53,300 bases of DNA from Octopus bimaculoides (lineage: Eukaryota), in the NCBI RefSeq assembly GCF_001194135.2, contig NC_068995.1, forward strand, positions 37,790,196 to 37,843,495, in the 5' to 3' direction. The notes under the pieces are model-generated. The model did no database searches and was not told the origin of the DNA. It saw only the letters and a list, made by a program, of their open reading frames with translations. This document shows positions 50,380-53,300 of this stretch, in pieces. Numbering within the stretch: the first letter of the stretch is position 1; each line of letters starts with the position of its first letter. A program made the translations under genes and the position numbers.

Positions 50380-51030
50380 TTGAGTTTAACATGTAAAACT
50401 AACAATACAAACGCTATTTAAACGTTTACTTGTCTCAATTGCACTTAATTCTGTCTGACTGAAGCCAATTTACAATAAGTGTTAATTTTCTCATCTATCT
50501 ATTGATTAAAAATTGTTGCATGAAATTTAGTTTGGATGTCGTCTATAATACATACGTAAAACTGTTAGCTTATAAACCTCCAGTCCAATGAAAACTACAG
50601 AGTGGACTATTGATTTATAAGCGCTATTTATTTTCAAGTAAAAGTCATACTTGAGTTATGACTGATTATGAGGGGATGGAATTTAACCTACTCATTTACA
50701 TTAAATGAGATTCAGTACCTGAAAACTATACTTCAACAAAGTCAGAAAGCTATCATCCAACATAGTATTTAGATTTTTAAATGACTCACTTCAATTTTTA
50801 ACTACACACTAGGAGTGTTCTTTTTATATATGAAGTAGGTACATGCATTTTTATAACACAAACTATTCGGGAATGTTAGAAGTTTGTAATGGAACTGTTA
50901 AACATTTACAAGCAATTTGAAGAATCCCCATATTCATTTGTTCGTGTGTTCTATAATGAAATTTCACTATCTGCTTGAATAAAGAGTGCTCTGAAGAATT
51001 TGACTTTGTGTTATTAAATTTCTGTGGACA
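50380..51030 (+). other. Non-coding block paralogous to 27240-27890
   Basis: Same colinear anchors as listed for 27240-27890. Confidence 0.75.
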
Positions 51031-51148
51031 GGTGTGGCAGAGAAGACAGATGTTTTTGAAATGGTTATTACTCAGCCGCGAATGGAGGAACGTATGTCTG
51101 ACAGGTACCATTAAGACCGTGATGCCTTAGCATTTTGTTCCGTTTTAG

Positions 51149-51565
51149 ATGAAGCTATGACGCTCTGGACGATTGAGCGTCGCATGTTTGCCTACGACTG
51201 TTACGTGAAAAATAAGGAGTCTGCCACAAACGTTCAGCGTAAGTTTCGGCGTCATCTCAATATTCAACGAATTCAGGCTGTTCCCACCCGTTTCGCAATC
51301 TTTCGTTGGGTGAATGCACTTTGTACACGAGTTACACTAATGAATAAGAGATCGTAGGGGCGCCACGACAAGCTCTCAGCCGTCCAAATTGCTCTGCTGG
51401 GAGGTACTGCACTGAACTTGGCATTGGTAATCGATCGGTAAGGTGTATTTTGCATGAAAATCCGAGAGAACTGCACCACAAACCACTGTACATCCCGAAA
51501 GTGACGGTCTGGTGAGCTGCTGGATAAAGCTGCCGTCATTGGCCTTTCCTTTCTTGAAGACAATT
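51149..51565 (+). mobile_element. Internally deleted Tc1/mariner-superfamily transposase (DUF4817-type HTH)
   Basis: MTLWTIERRMFAYDCYVKNKESATNVQRKFRR...AVPTRFAIFRWV, then ENPRELHHKPLYIPKVTVW. Confidence 0.75.
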
Positions 51566-51567
51566 TA

Positions 51568-51609
<42 letters not shown>

Positions 51610-51669
51610 TTGAAGAAAAGCAACAAAAATTCAATAGGTTATATACATATAACTATAAATATAATATGC

Positions 51670-51930
51670 GACAATTATCCGGTAGCCATGAAAAAACTCC
51701 GAGTTTCGGAGTGTGCGGGCGCGCATGTGTATGTATGGACATGCACGCTTACGCGATTACTATGAACATTTCTACTCCCTTATCTTTACTCCCTCCCCTT
51801 ACTTAGCGGTCATTCTAACAGCTCTTTTGTCTTAATAACGGTCAATCACACAGTAATTTCCCTTTGTTTAACGGTCATTTTCATAGCATTTTGTTCGATG
51901 GTCCGGTAACTGAAGAGATGCTGGCGTGGG
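51670..51930. mobile_element. Rearranged copy of the 43472-43750 repeat: head in the same orientation, body inverted
   Basis: 51670-51710 matches 43472-43511 directly; 51711-51930 matches ~43527-43750 as a reverse complement. Confidence 0.85.
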
Positions 51931-52936
51931 TATATATATNNNNNNNNNNNNNNNNNNNNNNNNNNNNNNNNNNNNNNNNNNNNNNNNNNNNNNNNNNNNN
52001 NNNNNNNNNNNNNNNNNNNNNNNNNNNNNNNNNNNNNNNNNNNNNNNNNNNNNNNNNNNNNNNNNNNNNNNNNNNNNNNNNNNNNNNNNNNNNNNNNNNN
52101 NNNNNNNNNNNNNNNNNNNNNNNNNNNNNNNNNNNNNNNNNNNNNNNNNNNNNNNNNNNNNNNNNNNNNNNNNNNNNNNNNNNNNNNNNNNNNNNNNNNN
52201 NNNNNNNNNNNNNNNNNNNNNNNNNNNNNNNNNNNNNNNNNNNNNNNNNNNNNNNNNNNNNNNNNNNNNNNNNNNNNNNNNNNNNNNNNNNNNNNNNNNN
52301 NNNNNNNNNNNNNNNNNNNNNNNNNNNNNNNNNNNNNNNNNNNNNNNNNNNNNNNNNNNNNNNNNNCTAGCATTTTGCTGACAATATAATTCACGATATA
52401 TAATTATCTAGAAATAACAGGAAAATTTAATGAAACAAAAAATTAACCACAAAAATAATAGAGTTATCTAATCAAAAATTAAAAATTAATAACTACAAAC
52501 CGATATATACGCTAAAAAGGAATAACTATCCTATTTTAAACTTAATAATATTGTAATATGAAACGAAAATAAAAAAAATAAAAAAAGCAAATCTTTTGTT
52601 TACAAAATAGCCTTCTACGTGTACATTTTTAGAACCTAGTAAGAGGAATAGTAGTATCAATGAAGGGAGATGAGGTAAAATTGTAATACACTGAAGAAGA
52701 GGCTGAGAGAATAATAGCCATAACTGAAAGACCGATAGAATGTAATAACCACTTGAGAAAGAAAAACGGGAAATGTACTTTCTGTTCTCAACGTATGAAT
52801 GAGAAAGGAAGGGACGAATTAAGTAGAACAAAAACAACCATTCAACGCTGTGTGAGTATATGTGTATATGTGTGTATGAAAAAGGGAGGCATGTGAATGT
52901 TTGTGTGTGTATGCATGTCCGTGTCCGTGTCCCTGT

Positions 52937-52971
<35 letters not shown>

Positions 52972-53300
52972 TCTGTGTATTGGAAACGTTTCCATGCGTG
53001 CGTAATGGAAACGTACAACTCTGAAAATAAAAAAAAAAACTGACATCATTCTAATTCTGTTTGAGTATGTGTATGTGTGTGTGCTTGGGAAGTATGCTTT
53101 TATCTGTGATTATTCTGTACTTCATTTTGTACCTTGTTTAAATAAGAAATAGCCATCAATTATAAACAGCTCGGGCTCAGCTAATAATTGAATATAGAAA
53201 TATCAAAACGGTAGTAAGATAATTAAATGAATAAATTGTAAAAATCCACCGTCTCACAATCACAGATGAACCAAAATTAAATTACTCACAATATCTTTAA

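Larger units (their letters stand above)
3626..52366. other. Multiple assembly gaps (N runs), the largest about 0.9-1 kb (3626-4516, 13528-14519), mostly flanked by microsatellites
   Basis: Read directly. These produce the long poly-X ORFs in the track. The coordinates span the large gaps collectively. Confidence 0.99.

Noticed and set aside
3524-52394. Long ORFs (150-440 aa) made of X runs
   Set aside because: They are artefacts of translating N gaps; there is no sequence evidence.
1-53300. CRISPR arrays, rRNA or prokaryotic operons
   Set aside because: None seen; the sequence is eukaryotic and its repeats are microsatellites or transposon-derived.

Overview
AT-rich, microsatellite-dense eukaryotic draft scaffold with about 17 N-gaps. 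The repeat content and genes point to a coleoid cephalopod, most likely Octopus (inference). The only intact protein-coding genes are two same-strand paralogues about 27.5 kb apart with uninterrupted CDSs (18170-19369 and 45634-46827). They encode atypical nicotinic-receptor-like Cys-loop subunits with a cation-type GEK M2 but no vicinal Cys-Cys and no canonical loop A/B/C aromatics. This matches the cephalopod chemotactile receptor (CR) family. The pair is about 89% identical in M1-M3, about 63% in the ectodomain and only 4/20 in loop C. They share a homologous candidate 5'-UTR splice acceptor and a roughly 650 bp paralogous non-coding block downstream. Copy 2 has a stop codon where copy 1 has Leu, with the old tail still readable behind it. 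The intergenic DNA is a patchwork of decayed transposons: mariner/Tc1, CR1-like, Tx1/L1-like, R4/Dong-like, Penelope-like, Helitron, Chapaev-like, SINEs and MITEs. It also holds at least five minimal type-I hammerhead ribozyme motifs from about four sequence families plus one split copy; the motif at 3022-3077 has a fully canonical core. Most ORFs in the supplied track are gap or microsatellite artefacts. All percentages are manual counts.
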